Source: Nitrospirae bacterium UBA2233 (lineage in GTDB: Bacteria; UBA2233). From it: a stretch of 64,000 bases of DNA. The position numbers and the translations under genes were made by a program. Below the pieces are notes generated by a model that saw only the letters and a program-made list of their open reading frames with translations, ran no database searches and was not told the origin of the DNA. Shown in pieces: positions 21,460 through 32,513 of the stretch (positions are counted from its first letter, which is position 1; each line of letters opens with the position of its first letter). The DNA is taken from contig DDYN01000039.1 of the NCBI GenBank assembly GCA_002347965.1, positions 1,797-65,796 of the forward strand. Reading direction: 5' to 3'.

Positions 21460-22451
21460 GCCGAAATAATCAGCCGGACAGAACCCTTTTGATTTATCAC
21501 GCTGGTGCGCTCGGCGATACGCTCCTTCTTTATCCCATACTCCGCGCATTCCTAGATGCCCAGCCCGAAGTCAAAGTCGTAGCCGTAGGAGAAGCACCGT
21601 GGAGGTTGCTCTTCAACCTAGGATGGGTAGAAAAGTTCTTTTCTTGCCACAACGGCTGGGTATCGGAGTGGTTTTCCAAGAATCCTCCTACAACACAGCA
21701 TCCGTTGGACGGCTGGCTGAACCCCCCGGTAAAAGCATGGGTGTTCCTAAAGCACCCTCCCGAAGGGCTCCTACGTTGGCTTTCTCATGTCTGTACAGAC
21801 CCGCCCGCGTGCCTACCTATTCGCCCGCCAAGGCATATAGGGGCTACAACATTTTACGCAAGAACGCTCATGGGGATCAACATTCCAAAGCCATACCTCT
21901 TAGCTCCGCGCGTAGTGATTGACGAAAAACCCAAGCCCGCTCTTTGGCCAAAGCGGCGCGTGCTCATCCATCCTGGCGCAGGAAGCCAAGCAAAAAGCCT
22001 TCCGCTTCCCTGGGTTTCCAAGCTTTACGAAGCCCTCCTAGGCCTTCATATCCAGCCATTTTTTTTGATCGGACCAGCAGAACGCGAAAGCGGGGCCAGT
22101 AAGCCGCTGGAGCACCTTGGTCCAATCGTGGCGCCGGATACTCTCGAAGCACTTTACCGTACACTCTGTGAATATGTCGCTTTTGTGGGGACAGACTCTG
22201 GACCTAGTCACATGGCTTCGCTCTTGGGCCTCTACACCTTAACATTCTTTGGGCCGAGCGATGCTAGAGCTTTTGCCCCGTCGGGACCTTTTGGGGCGGT
22301 GTTTTCGAGCGGACACGAGTGTGCTCCATGTATGCCAGAAAACGCTCTTCAAGCATGCATGGGGGAACGGCCGTGCCTTGCCGTCTACGACCATGATCTT
22401 GTCGCTAAGGTCATTCACGCATTTTTCGAAAGAGGTTGGCAATGCGTTTAA
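21453..22451 (+). CDS. Glycosyltransferase family 9 (LPS heptosyltransferase-like)
   Basis: GALGD, IHPGAGS and DSGPSHMA...FGPS motifs; C-terminal CAPC...C...C. Confidence 0.88.
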   Translation: MKRRNNQPDRTLLIYHAGALGDTLLLYPILRAFLDAQPEVKVVAVGEAPWRLLFNLGWVEKFFSCHNGWVSEWFSKNPPTTQHPLDGWLNPPVKAWVFLKHPPEGLLRWLSHVCTDPPACLPIRPPRHIGATTFYARTLMGINIPKPYLLAPRVVIDEKPKPALWPKRRVLIHPGAGSQAKSLPLPWVSKLYEALLGLHIQPFFLIGPAERESGASKPLEHLGPIVAPDTLEALYRTLCEYVAFVGTDSGPSHMASLLGLYTLTFFGPSDARAFAPSGPFGAVFSSGHECAPCMPENALQACMGERPCLAVYDHDLVAKVIHAFFERGWQCV

Positions 22452-24889
22452 CGGTTGTTTTCTTTTGTGCGTTAGTGGCCGCAGGAGCCTTAAGTTCCGC
22501 CCACGCCCAATCTGGGCCTAATGCTCCTTGGGTCATTCAAGAAACGATTGTCACAAAAACATCCGTTGAAATCCGGCTTCAAACTGCTAGAATGCGCATC
22601 GAACCGCTTACAGGAGGCGTATTCCGCGTCGAGGTTGGCCGCGGGGACGGCCCGCTCGTCGTTCGGGAGAGCGCTTCCGTGATCGATACGCCCGAGGTAG
22701 GGCCAGCATCGTTTAGCGTAGAACAACAGCCAAAGGAAATTCTCGTCATCACCAAAAACGCGACCTTGGGCTTGAACGAAGAAACGGGCGCAATCCGTCT
22801 GGAAGACGCCCAAGGGTCTCCGTTTCTTTCCGGCCTTCGTTTTTGCTGGGAGGCTTCCCAAGAAGGAGGGTTGAATATCATTCTACCTGCTAACGCTCCG
22901 AAGACCTCCTTCTATGGACTCGGGGAAAAAACAGGCCCATTGGACAAGCTAGGACAACGCTACGCCATGTGGAATACGGACGCTTCCGGTTACGATGCCT
23001 CAACCGACCCCTTGTACCAGTCCCACCCGTTTTTCATCATGCTGAACGAAGAATCCAGGGCAACGGGCCTTTTCTTGGATGCTCCATCTCCGTCCAAGTT
23101 TGACTTCGCGCAAACGACCGAGGCGGACGTTCAGATCGCCACGTTAGAACAGGCGGTACGTTTTTACCTCATTCCAGGTCCTTTCATAAAAGATGTTGTA
23201 CGCCGCTACACGGCCCTTACGGGAAGAATATCCATGCCGCCCGTTTGGGCCATGGGGCACATGATCTCGAAGCTTGGTTGGAACCCCGCGAAAGAGATCC
23301 CCGAGGTTGCCGAAAGGGCACGCAAAGAGCGAATCCCTGCCGACGCGCTATGGCTCGATTTATACTACATGGACAGCTACAAGAGCTTTACCTGGAACAA
23401 CGCCACGTTTGAAAACTTTCCCGGGTTTCTAGAGGCGCTGCACTCCCAAGGCTACAGGACTGTCGGTATTATCCACCCCGCCATCAAGCTAGACCCAAGC
23501 TATCGGGTTTATCAAGAAGGGCTCCGGCGGGATGCGTTCATGCGCTACGCGGATGGCAGCGTATACTTAGGGCGCCTTTGGCCAGGAACGAGCGTGTGGC
23601 CGGATTTTACAAGGCAAGACGTCAGGGAGTGGTGGGGGTCCCTCTACGAGCCACTTCTCGAGGCAGGAATGGACGGGTTCTGGAATGACATGAACGAGCC
23701 TAGCGTCTTTGACCCCCATACGTTCGATAACGCCTGCAAGACCTTCCCTCCTGATGTCGTGTTCTACGATAACGGTCATTACAGCCCGCACGCAACGCTG
23801 CACAACGCCTACGGAATGCTGATGGCCAAAGCAAGCTACGAAGGGATTCAACGGCTCATGCCCAACAAAAGGCCCTTTTTGCTCTCGCGGGCCGGTTTTC
23901 CCGGGGTTCAACGCTACGCCGCAGCATGGACGGGGGACAACGCTTCCAGCTTTGCCTACCTCAACCTGCAAAATCCGATGCTCTTGAATATGGGGCTTTC
24001 GGGGCTTTCCTTCTCAGGGGCCGACATCGGGGGTTTTGCCGGCTCGGTGACGCCAGAATTGCTCGTACGCTGGTACGAGGCGGCAACGTTCATGCCGCTC
24101 ATGCGTGAACACGCCGATCAATTTGCGCTTCCTCAGGAGCCCTGGGCGTTCGGTGAGCCTTACACGTCTATCATACGAAAGCACATCGAGCTCCGTTACG
24201 CGCTACTGCCTTACCTCTACAGCTTGTTCTACGAGGCGCACACGACAGGGATTCCAATCCTAAGGCCGCTCGTGATGGAATACCAGGACGACCCTTCCGT
24301 CCGAAACCTCTCCAACGAGTTTCTCGTGGGAGAGCACCTGCTGGTCGCACCCATACTCGACCCGGGCGTAATCGGGAGGAGCCTGTACCTCCCAAAGGGC
24401 AGCTGGTATACCTTGGGCTCCAAAGAGGTCCGCCTGGGTGGACGATGGACCTTCGCAGATGGCCCGCTCGATAAGCTTCCCGTCTTCGTGAAAGAAGGAG
24501 CCGTTCTTTCTATGGTAGAGCCAGGGGCAAACACGATCGGGCTACTAGAAAAGCCTATCCGGCTGGACGTTTACCCGCTTCGTAAGCCCTCCTCGAGGGC
24601 GGTTTCGCGGGTCGTTCTCGACGACGGGACGAGTCGGCAAGCCAAAAGACAAATTTTCCAGTTTACCCAAAAGGCGCATACTTCCGGGTTTGTGCTGGAT
24701 ATAGAACGGTCTGGGAGTTGCCTGTACAATCACCCATCCTTCGAAGTTCGAGTGTACGGAGAGGCTCTTTCCTCCGTGATCGTGGACGGAAAGAGCTACT
24801 CCATAAGCCTCGCAGGAAATGGATGCTCGTTTTCGCTGCCCTCGGAAGCAAGTATGGTAGAGGTCGTCTACGGCTCAGATTTTAGGTAG
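22442..24889 (+). CDS. Secreted glycoside hydrolase family 31 (alpha-glucosidase-like)
   Basis: Signal peptide ending [25 protein letters not shown] (nucleophile), WTGDN (acid/base) and GADIGGF motifs. Confidence 0.93.
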   Translation: MRLTVVFFCALVAAGALSSAHAQSGPNAPWVIQETIVTKTSVEIRLQTARMRIEPLTGGVFRVEVGRGDGPLVVRESASVIDTPEVGPASFSVEQQPKEILVITKNATLGLNEETGAIRLEDAQGSPFLSGLRFCWEASQEGGLNIILPANAPKTSFYGLGEKTGPLDKLGQRYAMWNTDASGYDASTDPLYQSHPFFIMLNEESRATGLFLDAPSPSKFDFAQTTEADVQIATLEQAVRFYLIPGPFIKDVVRRYTALTGRISMPPVWAMGHMISKLGWNPAKEIPEVAERARKERIPADALWLDLYYMDSYKSFTWNNATFENFPGFLEALHSQGYRTVGIIHPAIKLDPSYRVYQEGLRRDAFMRYADGSVYLGRLWPGTSVWPDFTRQDVREWWGSLYEPLLEAGMDGFWNDMNEPSVFDPHTFDNACKTFPPDVVFYDNGHYSPHATLHNAYGMLMAKASYEGIQRLMPNKRPFLLSRAGFPGVQRYAAAWTGDNASSFAYLNLQNPMLLNMGLSGLSFSGADIGGFAGSVTPELLVRWYEAATFMPLMREHADQFALPQEPWAFGEPYTSIIRKHIELRYALLPYLYSLFYEAHTTGIPILRPLVMEYQDDPSVRNLSNEFLVGEHLLVAPILDPGVIGRSLYLPKGSWYTLGSKEVRLGGRWTFADGPLDKLPVFVKEGAVLSMVEPGANTIGLLEKPIRLDVYPLRKPSSRAVSRVVLDDGTSRQAKRQIFQFTQKAHTSGFVLDIERSGSCLYNHPSFEVRVYGEALSSVIVDGKSYSISLAGNGCSFSLPSEASMVEVVYGSDFR

Positions 24890-25432
24890 CGTGATCCCTC
24901 GTTGGGACTGGTATTTGCCCGCTCTATCCTTGTAAGATTCGGCGCATGCCTCCTCGGCTTCGAAGAACACCACCTGTGCGATGCCTTCGTTGGCGTAGAT
25001 CTTGGCGGGCAGGGGAGTTGTGTTGGAGATTTCGATCGTGATGTGCCCCTCCCATTCGGGCTCGAGGGGGGTTACGTTCGTGATAATCCCACACCGAGCG
25101 TAGGTGGATTTCCCTACGCAGATCGTCATCGTGTTGCGCGGTACACGGAGATACTCGACGCTCCTCGCCAACGCAAACGAGTTGGGAGGAATCACGCATA
25201 CAGACCCTTTATAGTCTACAAAACTTTTCGGGTCAAAGCCCTTTGGGTCAACAACCGTGTTGAACACGTTCGTAAAAATCTTGAACTCGTCGGCAACCCT
25301 GACGTCGTAGCCATAAGAGGAAACGCCGTACGAAATGACCCCATCCCGCACCTGCCGCTCCTCGAAAGGCTCTATCATGCCAGCCTCTTGAGCCATTCTT
25401 CGAATCCAGAAATCAGGCCGAACGCATGCCAC
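24875..25432 (-). CDS. dcd: dCTP deaminase
   Basis: [30 protein letters not shown] and GKYQSQRG motifs. Confidence 0.96.
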   Translation of the reverse strand: MACVRPDFWIRRMAQEAGMIEPFEERQVRDGVISYGVSSYGYDVRVADEFKIFTNVFNTVVDPKGFDPKSFVDYKGSVCVIPPNSFALARSVEYLRVPRNTMTICVGKSTYARCGIITNVTPLEPEWEGHITIEISNTTPLPAKIYANEGIAQVVFFEAEEACAESYKDRAGKYQSQRGITLPKI

Positions 25433-25435
25433 GGC

Positions 25436-25840
25436 TTACTTGAGGAACTTTCGGATCGTAACGCGCGTCCCCTTGCCCGCCTCGGACCAAACGTTCATCT
25501 CGTCCACAAGTTTTTTTGTCCCGGGCATGCCCATGCCAAGCGACCCGCCGGTCGTGAACCCCTCCGACATCGCCTGTTCTATGTCCGGGATGCCGGGCCC
25601 GTTGTCTTCGCAAACAACCTCAATCCCCTTCTTTGGGCCTTCGTTTAACTTGGCGATCTCCACCTTTCCGGATTTCGCGTACACAACGATATTGCGGGCA
25701 AGCTCAGAGACCGCAGTTGCAATCCTGGATTGGTCTACCAACCCAAAACCCATCTGCTTCGCGTACGTGCGGACGCTGTTGCGTGCAGTAACGATATCCG
25801 TGTTGTTGCGAACAGCAACTTCTTCAAGCACTTGCCTCAT
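25436..25840 (-). CDS. rsbT: Stressosome Ser/Thr kinase (anti-sigma regulatory factor)
   Basis: GHKL motifs ATAVSELARN, EDNGPGI and GSLGMGMPG. Confidence 0.9.
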   Translation of the reverse strand: MRQVLEEVAVRNNTDIVTARNSVRTYAKQMGFGLVDQSRIATAVSELARNIVVYAKSGKVEIAKLNEGPKKGIEVVCEDNGPGIPDIEQAMSEGFTTGGSLGMGMPGTKKLVDEMNVWSEAGKGTRVTIRKFLK

Positions 25841-26243
25841 AACCCTCGGTCTCTTCCGCTTCCAGTGTGCGTTCTTCCCTCTCTTTGGCTTCCACCATCT
25901 CCTTGAGCATCAAAAGGCCCTTCTCAAGGTTCAGAGCGCAGCTCACGCCTGTCATTTTAAGGCCAAGCTCGACGAGCGTGATGGCCACGGCAGGCTGCAT
26001 GCCCACCACAATGGTAGGGGGACCCATCAATCTGGCCATCCTGGCGATGTCTCGGATCATCCTCCCCATGAAAGAATCGACGATGTCTACCGCCGTAATG
26101 TCGATCAACAGCCCCTTGGCCTTTGTCTTAGCAATTTCTTCTAGAATGTCTTCTTGAAGCTTCAGCGCAGACTCGTCGTCCAAGGCAACCTGTATAGTCA
26201 CGATCAAAAAGTCGGAAATCTTGAGAACAGGTATACGCTCCAT
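25824..26243 (-). CDS. rsbS: Stressosome STAS protein
   Basis: IPVLK, IDITAVDIVDSF (phospho-acceptor Ser) and GMQPAVAITLVELG motifs; ATG 26243 after SD GGAGG. Confidence 0.9.
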   Translation of the reverse strand: MERIPVLKISDFLIVTIQVALDDESALKLQEDILEEIAKTKAKGLLIDITAVDIVDSFMGRMIRDIARMARLMGPPTIVVGMQPAVAITLVELGLKMTGVSCALNLEKGLLMLKEMVEAKEREERTLEAEETEGYEASA

Positions 26244-26268
26244 CGTCTCCTCCCTGTAAGACAAAGTT

Positions 26269-26296
26269 ATTGTAGCAGGTACGTTCCGCTTTGCAA
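26269..26296 (-). promoter_or_regulatory. Putative sigma70 promoter for rsbS-rsbT-dcd
   Basis: TTGCAA-16 nt-TACAAT with extended TG on the minus strand. Confidence 0.5.
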
Positions 26297-26318
26297 AGAC
26301 GCATGAAGCAGCCCCACC

Positions 26319-27146
26319 TTACGAAGAACCAATCTCAACGGGGAATTTAGGTAGCTGGAATTTTCGTGTGAGGCCAAAGAAGATTTCATAATTCGGAGAA
26401 TCTCCCGTAAGCCCGGCTCGGCCAAAGAGCTCTCCTTGAACACGCCAAAACATGGGGAAGATCACCCCACCGCCAGCCTTAAGGATGTTTTTATCGTTAA
26501 AAAATGGGCCTTGCTTCAAGCCAACGATGCGAACATCGTGAAGGTCGGAATTCATCGAAAATTCCGCAAGGAGGCTGACATCCCTGGCAACAGGATAAGA
26601 TGCGGAAATTCCGACGACGACCAAATCTCTTTGGTTTGCGTTCTTCGTCGGGTCCCCCATCAGCCCAGTCCCAACGTTGAAGTCCAATTGGAATTTCCCA
26701 AAGGTTTTCGACGTAAGAAGCAGAATCTGGACATCTGTCTCGTCTGTCCCCAGCCCTTTATTGTCGGCTGCATTCGGGAGCTTCACGTTAACCCCAAGTC
26801 CAAACCGATATCCGTACAGGCGGAGGAAGGACAGCCTTGTGGCCAAGACGGCATCGCCCGAGTCCTCTTGTTCGGGGAAGAATGGATCGTGGCGTAAAAG
26901 CAAGTATTCGTAGTCCACCTGAAAATCAACGACGTCGGCAAACCCAACCCCAAGCAAGACCCTCGGAACGCGCACGTAGTGCGCACCGTCCGCGGCATCT
27001 TGAAACCCAAAACCAACCCCTGTAAGGACTTCTCCACTCTTAAGCGGGGTTGCGCTCCTAACGAGTGAGAACATCGATGCAGAGCACACACTGCTCCCCC
27101 CTAAGCACGCCAACCAGAGAAAAGACGCAACGATGAAGCGTTTCAT
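26319..27146 (-). CDS. Putative outer-membrane beta-barrel 'transporter' (MetA-pathway-of-phenol-degradation-like)
   Basis: Signal peptide, alternating amphipathic strands, and GDAVL...VKLPNA...GLGTDETD motifs. Confidence 0.6.
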   Translation of the reverse strand: MKRFIVASFLWLACLGGSSVCSASMFSLVRSATPLKSGEVLTGVGFGFQDAADGAHYVRVPRVLLGVGFADVVDFQVDYEYLLLRHDPFFPEQEDSGDAVLATRLSFLRLYGYRFGLGVNVKLPNAADNKGLGTDETDVQILLLTSKTFGKFQLDFNVGTGLMGDPTKNANQRDLVVVGISASYPVARDVSLLAEFSMNSDLHDVRIVGLKQGPFFNDKNILKAGGGVIFPMFWRVQGELFGRAGLTGDSPNYEIFFGLTRKFQLPKFPVEIGSS

Positions 27147-27164
27147 CGAACAACCCCGCACGCT

Positions 27165-27884
27165 TTATTGGCATCGAGCGGTTAACCCGTGGGCGATTCC
27201 AAAAAAGAATCGCTTTCGAGCGACAAGGACAAACCCGGCGTTCTCCAAGGCCTCGTGGAATTGGCTTATTGTCAAGAAAGAGCCGACACTCCCGATAAGG
27301 TACCTGTAGGCTGCGGCATCGCCCGCCAACCAGGAACCAAGCCGAGGAACGTAACTTGGAGCAATGAACTCGTAGAAAAGGCGCTCGAACCACCCAGTGG
27401 GCTTAAAGAACTCGAGGACGATCAGCAACCCACCAGGCTTAAGAACCCTTCTGGCTTCTTTGAGGGCTGTGGACAGGTTGGGTAGGTTTCTTAGACCGAA
27501 TGCGCAAAAGCAGGCATCGAAGGCGCCGCCTCGAAACGGAAGACGAAGGGCGGAGGCTTGCAAAAAAACAACCCGCCCTTCTCGGTCCTTTTGCCTCCCG
27601 ATCGTGAGCATAGGTCGTGCGGCATCGATGCCGGTTATTCGTACGCCGGGAGACCTTCTAAGCACGGCATAGGCTTGGTCGCCAGTACCTGTGCACAAAT
27701 CGAGGATACGCGGGGCGTGCGGTAGCCTACGGACAGCCTTTGCCATTCTGGAACGCCAGACAATATCCATACCGAATGATAGAATATGGTTCAACGCATC
27801 GTAGGACGGCGCAATACGCCCGAACATGCGAGAAACCGAAGACACGCGATGCGTCGTATCGGCAGAAGATAGGGGAGGTGTCAT
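27165..27884 (-). CDS. ubiE: UbiE/MenG-family C-methyltransferase
   Basis: MFGRIAPSYDALNHILSFG, LDLCTGTGD, FGLRN, RVLKPGG and AYRYL motifs. Confidence 0.9.
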   Translation of the reverse strand: MTPPLSSADTTHRVSSVSRMFGRIAPSYDALNHILSFGMDIVWRSRMAKAVRRLPHAPRILDLCTGTGDQAYAVLRRSPGVRITGIDAARPMLTIGRQKDREGRVVFLQASALRLPFRGGAFDACFCAFGLRNLPNLSTALKEARRVLKPGGLLIVLEFFKPTGWFERLFYEFIAPSYVPRLGSWLAGDAAAYRYLIGSVGSFLTISQFHEALENAGFVLVARKRFFFGIAHGLTARCQ

Positions 27885-27978
27885 GAAGCTCCAACCGTGG
27901 GTTCGAATCAGCTCAAGCGCGGGTCAGGACCAGGCAACGCCGCCAGCTCCGCAGGCAAAGGGAAATCTTAAATCCCCC

Positions 27979-29589
27979 TTGCGAATAGTATTTACTATAT
28001 TTTTACTTGGGTGTCAAATCGCCCTTTCCGACGCACAGCCCTTGGGAAAGGCCCCTCTCGCTGGTATCTTCCTGGGCATACAAGAACAAATTCAGGTTGC
28101 AAACACCGCAGTATACATCGACCAGGCATGGAATGATCTTACACGAACGCCTAAAGACATCCCTATCGCCGTTCAGGACATCAAAATTCCCCATGATCCA
28201 GGAAAACCATGGCCCTTGTACATCTCGGGTTTAGAGGATTTGGAGAGCATTCAAACGCTCCTTTTCAGAACTCTTTCGTCGGCTGAGCTCTCTGGGGTCG
28301 AGATTCGTACGATCCCGGACGACCCGGACAATATCGAAGAGCATGGACTTTTGTTCTTGCCCTACCCCTATGTCGTACCGGGAGGGCGATTCAACGAAAT
28401 GTACGGATGGGACAGCTATTTTATCCTCCTTGGACTTCTGGCATCTGGAAGAACCGATTTGGCAAAGAGTATCGTGGAGAACTACCTTTACCAGGTTCGC
28501 CACTATCAAAAAATCCTGAACGCAAACCGGACGTACTACCTTGGCCGCTCCCACCCCCCGTTCTTGACGCGTGCCGTCCTCGAGTTGTTAGAACGCACGA
28601 AGGACACCGCGTGGCTTAAGCGAGTCCTACCCTTCCTCCTCGATCATTACAGGTTCTGGACGTGCCCCCCTCATGTGCTCGAGGCCGGTGGACTCTCCCG
28701 GTACTACGCGCTAGGCAAAGGACCTGCGCCGGAAGTCGCATGGAGCGAGGTGGATGAGCTTGGAAGGTCGCATTACGACAGGGTAAAAGACTACTATGAG
28801 GAAAATGCCGACGTGGGGTACGACAAAGAGCTCTTTTTCGACGCGGAAGCTGGAGAACTCACCGATTTGTTCTACACCGGCGACAGGAGCGTTAGGGAAT
28901 CCGGGTTTGACCCCACGGCCAGGTTTGGTGAGTTTGGCGTGGATATCGTCAACTACTTCCCTGTATGCCTCAACACGCTTTTGTATGTGATGGAAGAGGA
29001 CATTGCCAATATCTACCGTCTACTGGGCGACCCCATGGGTGCTACTCTTTTCGAAGGTCTTGCAAGGCGAAGAAAGAACACGATTAACTGCCTTCTTTGG
29101 GACGAACAAAGGGGGATGTACTTTGATTACCAATTTCGTTCACGAACAAGGCGCGTTTATCCATTCCTCACGACCTTCTATCCCCTGTGGGCCGGGATCG
29201 CATCCAATGCCCAAGCAAAGAGAATTGTCGAGAACTTACCTCGTTTTGAAACTTCATGCGGGCTTCAAGCCAGCCTAACGCCATCGGGAAACCAGTGGGA
29301 CGCCCCGTTTGGCTGGGCCCCGCTCCAGTGGATCGCCGTAAGGGGGCTTCTTCGGTATGGCTATGCGGAAGAAGCCGCTCGTATTGCCGAAAAATTTATC
29401 CGCCTCGTGACAGACGAGCATACTCGAACAGGAACGATCAGGGAGAAGTACAACGTTCAGGCGTGCAACATCGAGGTAAGCAAGGACGTTCAATTCGGCT
29501 ATCTGACGAACGAAGTCGGGTTTGGATGGACAAACGGGGTTTATCTTGGCCTCTTACCCTTGATCAAACCAACGAAGGTGTTATACTAA
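27979..29589 (+). CDS. Alpha,alpha-trehalase (GH37), probably exported
   Basis: [51 protein letters not shown] and GFGWTNG motifs. Start is uncertain; TTG 27979 precedes a signal-like stretch. Confidence 0.92.
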   Translation: MRIVFTIFLLGCQIALSDAQPLGKAPLAGIFLGIQEQIQVANTAVYIDQAWNDLTRTPKDIPIAVQDIKIPHDPGKPWPLYISGLEDLESIQTLLFRTLSSAELSGVEIRTIPDDPDNIEEHGLLFLPYPYVVPGGRFNEMYGWDSYFILLGLLASGRTDLAKSIVENYLYQVRHYQKILNANRTYYLGRSHPPFLTRAVLELLERTKDTAWLKRVLPFLLDHYRFWTCPPHVLEAGGLSRYYALGKGPAPEVAWSEVDELGRSHYDRVKDYYEENADVGYDKELFFDAEAGELTDLFYTGDRSVRESGFDPTARFGEFGVDIVNYFPVCLNTLLYVMEEDIANIYRLLGDPMGATLFEGLARRRKNTINCLLWDEQRGMYFDYQFRSRTRRVYPFLTTFYPLWAGIASNAQAKRIVENLPRFETSCGLQASLTPSGNQWDAPFGWAPLQWIAVRGLLRYGYAEEAARIAEKFIRLVTDEHTRTGTIREKYNVQACNIEVSKDVQFGYLTNEVGFGWTNGVYLGLLPLIKPTKVLY

Positions 29590-29645
29590 CAAAGACAAGA
29601 GGTCTTCTTGTGCATAACATAAATACCGAGGAGAGTTACCCAAGA

Positions 29646-29966
29646 ATGCCTATCTACGAGTACGAATGCACGCATTGCGGCCAGCCCTTGGAGGCCTTCC
29701 AGAAAGCAGGCGAGGACCCTTTGCGGACCTGCCCTCACTGCAAAGGGGCCCTTCGGAAGCGTATTTCGCTGAGCAGCTTCGTGCTCAAGGGGACAGGCTG
29801 GTATAAAACGGACTACGCAAGCGCTCCCTCTAGCAGCCCCCAGCCTACCCCTCAGCCCGAACATAAGCCAACCGCGCAAAATGGCGGACAAAATGGCGAA
29901 AAGGATAAAACGAACCCTAAGCCGGTCGTGCCAGAAAACAATAAAACGACAAACGGCTCAAGCTAA
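29646..29966 (+). CDS. FmdB-family zinc ribbon protein
   Basis: [12 protein letters not shown]...CPHC...[13 protein letters not shown] followed by a low-complexity tail; SD GAGGAG. Confidence 0.9.
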   Translation: MPIYEYECTHCGQPLEAFQKAGEDPLRTCPHCKGALRKRISLSSFVLKGTGWYKTDYASAPSSSPQPTPQPEHKPTAQNGGQNGEKDKTNPKPVVPENNKTTNGSS

Positions 29967-30571
29967 TGGAGTTTTCTGTACTCCTCAGGAGTGTTCACGT
30001 TCGTCAGGCTCTCTGAAAGTTCCCGGGGGACATCGAGTTTGATGGTGGGGTGGGCACGAAAAAGAGCGCCCAAGGAAGGCGTCCGTTTTTTTTGAAGCTC
30101 TCGATCGATAACATCCAGAAACCGCCTACGGTAGAACGCGCATAGGGGCTCAAGCCTTCCTTGGATACTTGGGACGATTCCAAGGTGGTGACTGGAGGCT
30201 GAAGAAATGTGGCGATCCAGAAGGCTGACGATGGGAAGTTTAATCAAGGGCATGTCTACGGCGCACACAAACAGCCACTCGTGCTGGGCTGCTCTCAAGC
30301 CGCTAGCAACCCCAACGGCAGCCCCTTGAAGCGGATACCCATCTTGAACAAAAGGGATACCTAGATCCCCGTAAAGATCATTATTCTTCCCCACGAGGAA
30401 AAGTTCATGGAAGGTATCCTTAAGGAGGGCAATCAGACTCAGGACAAAAGGCATACCTTGAAAAGATAGGTACGCCTTATTTTGCCCCATACGCCGACTT
30501 TCCCCGCCGACAAGGATGCAGGCGGAGCGATGAACATCAGTCGAGGGTATCTTGGCGCAGGAAATGCCCAC
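29963..30571 (-). CDS. mobA: Molybdenum cofactor guanylyltransferase
   Basis: [27 protein letters not shown] and NVNTPEE motifs; probable GTG start at 30571. Confidence 0.9.
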   Translation of the reverse strand: MGISCAKIPSTDVHRSACILVGGESRRMGQNKAYLSFQGMPFVLSLIALLKDTFHELFLVGKNNDLYGDLGIPFVQDGYPLQGAAVGVASGLRAAQHEWLFVCAVDMPLIKLPIVSLLDRHISSASSHHLGIVPSIQGRLEPLCAFYRRRFLDVIDRELQKKRTPSLGALFRAHPTIKLDVPRELSESLTNVNTPEEYRKLH

Positions 30572-31025
30572 TTCTTCCGCCGAACTTTTCTTTGAGCACG
30601 ACAGACCGAACCGACATCGTCCGATCAAGCGCCTTGCACATGTCAATGACCGTCAACGCCGCGATACTTGCCGCAACCAAGGCCTCTATCTCCACACCCG
30701 TCCTGTCGAACGCTTCTACGATCGCCTCGATGAACACACCCCGCTTGTCTTCTTGGGACTGGAAATTAATGGATACACGCGTCAAACGGATAGGATGGCA
30801 CATTGGAATTAAAAAAGCGGATTGCTTGGCGGCAAGAACCCCTGCTGTGGTCGCTACGCCAAAAACGTCCCCTTTCTTAACATGCCCCTTTTCGATCGCC
30901 TCAAGCGTAGAAGGAAGCATCTCTACGACCGCGACCGCACGAGCCAACCGGCGAGACTCCGCCTTTTCGGCGATATCCACCATTCTGGGTAGCCCATGCT
31001 CATCGAAATGCGTCCAATCGCCCAT
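30537..31025 (-). CDS. moaC: Cyclic pyranopterin monophosphate synthase
   Basis: THFD...MVD, KKGDV, LIPMCH, TGVEIEAL, DMCKA and GGRSG motifs. Confidence 0.95.
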   Translation of the reverse strand: MGDWTHFDEHGLPRMVDIAEKAESRRLARAVAVVEMLPSTLEAIEKGHVKKGDVFGVATTAGVLAAKQSAFLIPMCHPIRLTRVSINFQSQEDKRGVFIEAIVEAFDRTGVEIEALVAASIAALTVIDMCKALDRTMSVRSVVLKEKFGGRSGHFLRQDTLD

Positions 31026-31058
31026 GCGTTCATGGCCTCGTTGTATTAAGGGAAGAAA

Positions 31059-31135
31059 TGGCGGGGCCGACGAGACTCGAACTCGCGACCTCCGGCGTGA
31101 CAGGCCGGCGTTCTAACCGTCTGAACTACGACCCC
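31059..31135 (-). tRNA. tRNA-Asp(GTC)
   Basis: GGGGTCG acceptor stem, anticodon GTC, TTCGA T-loop, encoded CCA. Confidence 0.96.
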
Positions 31136-31149
31136 GCATCCGTTTTCGC

Positions 31150-31224
31150 TGGTGGGCGGTACTGGATTCGAACCAATGGCCCCCGGCTTGTAAGGCCGAT
31201 GCTCTACCGCTGAGCTAACCGCCC
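31150..31224 (-). tRNA. tRNA-Val(TAC)
   Basis: GGGCGGT/ACCGCCC acceptor stem, anticodon loop CT-TAC-AA, TTCGA T-loop, encoded CCA. Confidence 0.96.
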
Positions 31225-32486
31225 TAGGCGATCTCGGCTTTCCTTGAAGTGACCAACAAGGGCTTACTCCCTTGAGCCACGACATCCTTGTTGATTATAA
31301 CTTCTTTAATATCCTTTCGGGAAGGGATCTCGTACATGATGTCAAGCATGAGCGATTCCATGATCGCCCTTAGCCCCCTAGCTCCCGACTTTCGCTTGAG
31401 CGCTTCTTTTGCAATCACTTCGAGAGCGTCATCCGTAAACTTCAACGCCGCAGCGTCCAATTCAAAAAGCTTCTGGTACTGCCTTACAAGCGAGCCTTTG
31501 GGTTCTTTAAGGATTCGAACGAGCGCTTTGGCGTCAAGTTCCTCAAGGGTCACCATGACCGGCAAGCGCCCTATAAATTCAGGAATCAACCCAAACCTGA
31601 TCAGGTCTTCAGGCTGAGAGACGTTCAACAGGTTTTGCTTTGCGGCTTCGGCAGTCTCCTGGCCTTCGGGAGAAGCCCGATGAAACCCGATCGTTCTGCC
31701 CTTTAGACGCCTCTCTACGATCTTGTCCAGCCCGCAGAATGTCCCGCCGCAGATGAACAAAATGTTTGCAGTATCCACCTGGATGTATTCCTGTTGAGGG
31801 TGCTTCCTGCCCCCTTTTGGCGGAACGTTCGCGACGGTCCCTTCGAGGATCTTCAAGAGGGCCTGCTGCACGCCTTCACCGGAAACATCCCGAGTGATCG
31901 AGGAATTTTCAGATTTACGAGAGATTTTGTCGATTTCATCGATATAGACAATACCCCTTTGAGCTCGCTCGACGTCAAAGTTGGCATTTTGCAGGAGGCT
32001 GAGGATGATGTTTTCGACGTCCTCGCCGACATATCCGGCCTCTGTCAGCGTCGTAGCATCGGCAATGGCGAAGGGGACATTCAAGATTTTTGCCAGCGTT
32101 TGCGCAAGGAGCGTTTTTCCGGATCCCGTAGGCCCAATCATTAAAATGTTCGACTTCTGAAGCTCCACCTCATCGTGCGCCTGAGGGCGGTACTCAATAC
32201 GCTTGTAGTGGTTGTATACAGCGACCGACAAAACCTTCTTGGCCCGCTCCTGGCCTACGACGTAGTCGTCTAAAATTTTTTTCATCTCGTATGGCTTAGG
32301 AATCTGGCCCTCCGGATAGCAGTTACCCTCGAACCCGGCGTCTCCGGCCAGAATATCATTGCAAAGATCGACGCATTCATCGCAGATGTATACCGACGGA
32401 CCCGCGATCAGTTTTTTGACTTCATCCTGGGATTTGCCGCAGAACGAGCATGTCAAATGGCCCTTTCCGGATCTTTTCTTATCCAT
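31224..32486 (-). CDS. clpX: ATP-dependent Clp protease ATPase subunit
   Basis: CSFC/ICDEC zinc domain, [22 protein letters not shown] and IGF loop. Confidence 0.98.
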   Translation of the reverse strand: MDKKRSGKGHLTCSFCGKSQDEVKKLIAGPSVYICDECVDLCNDILAGDAGFEGNCYPEGQIPKPYEMKKILDDYVVGQERAKKVLSVAVYNHYKRIEYRPQAHDEVELQKSNILMIGPTGSGKTLLAQTLAKILNVPFAIADATTLTEAGYVGEDVENIILSLLQNANFDVERAQRGIVYIDEIDKISRKSENSSITRDVSGEGVQQALLKILEGTVANVPPKGGRKHPQQEYIQVDTANILFICGGTFCGLDKIVERRLKGRTIGFHRASPEGQETAEAAKQNLLNVSQPEDLIRFGLIPEFIGRLPVMVTLEELDAKALVRILKEPKGSLVRQYQKLFELDAAALKFTDDALEVIAKEALKRKSGARGLRAIMESLMLDIMYEIPSRKDIKEVIINKDVVAQGSKPLLVTSRKAEIA

Positions 32487-32513
32487 AGGAGTCAGCTCCT
32501 TGTACCCATGCGG

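Noticed and set aside
24902..26144. Plus-strand ORFs of 248 and 234 aa
   Set aside because: Antisense shadows of dcd, rsbT and rsbS.
27826..27885. Apparent head-to-head overlap of the ubiE and trehalase starts (shared CATG)
   Set aside because: Both starts are uncertain, and a downstream TTG before the trehalase signal-like peptide removes the overlap.
29256..29645. Long N-terminal extension of the FmdB ORF
   Set aside because: Overlaps the trehalase gene in another frame; the real start is MPIYEY at 29646 with a good SD.
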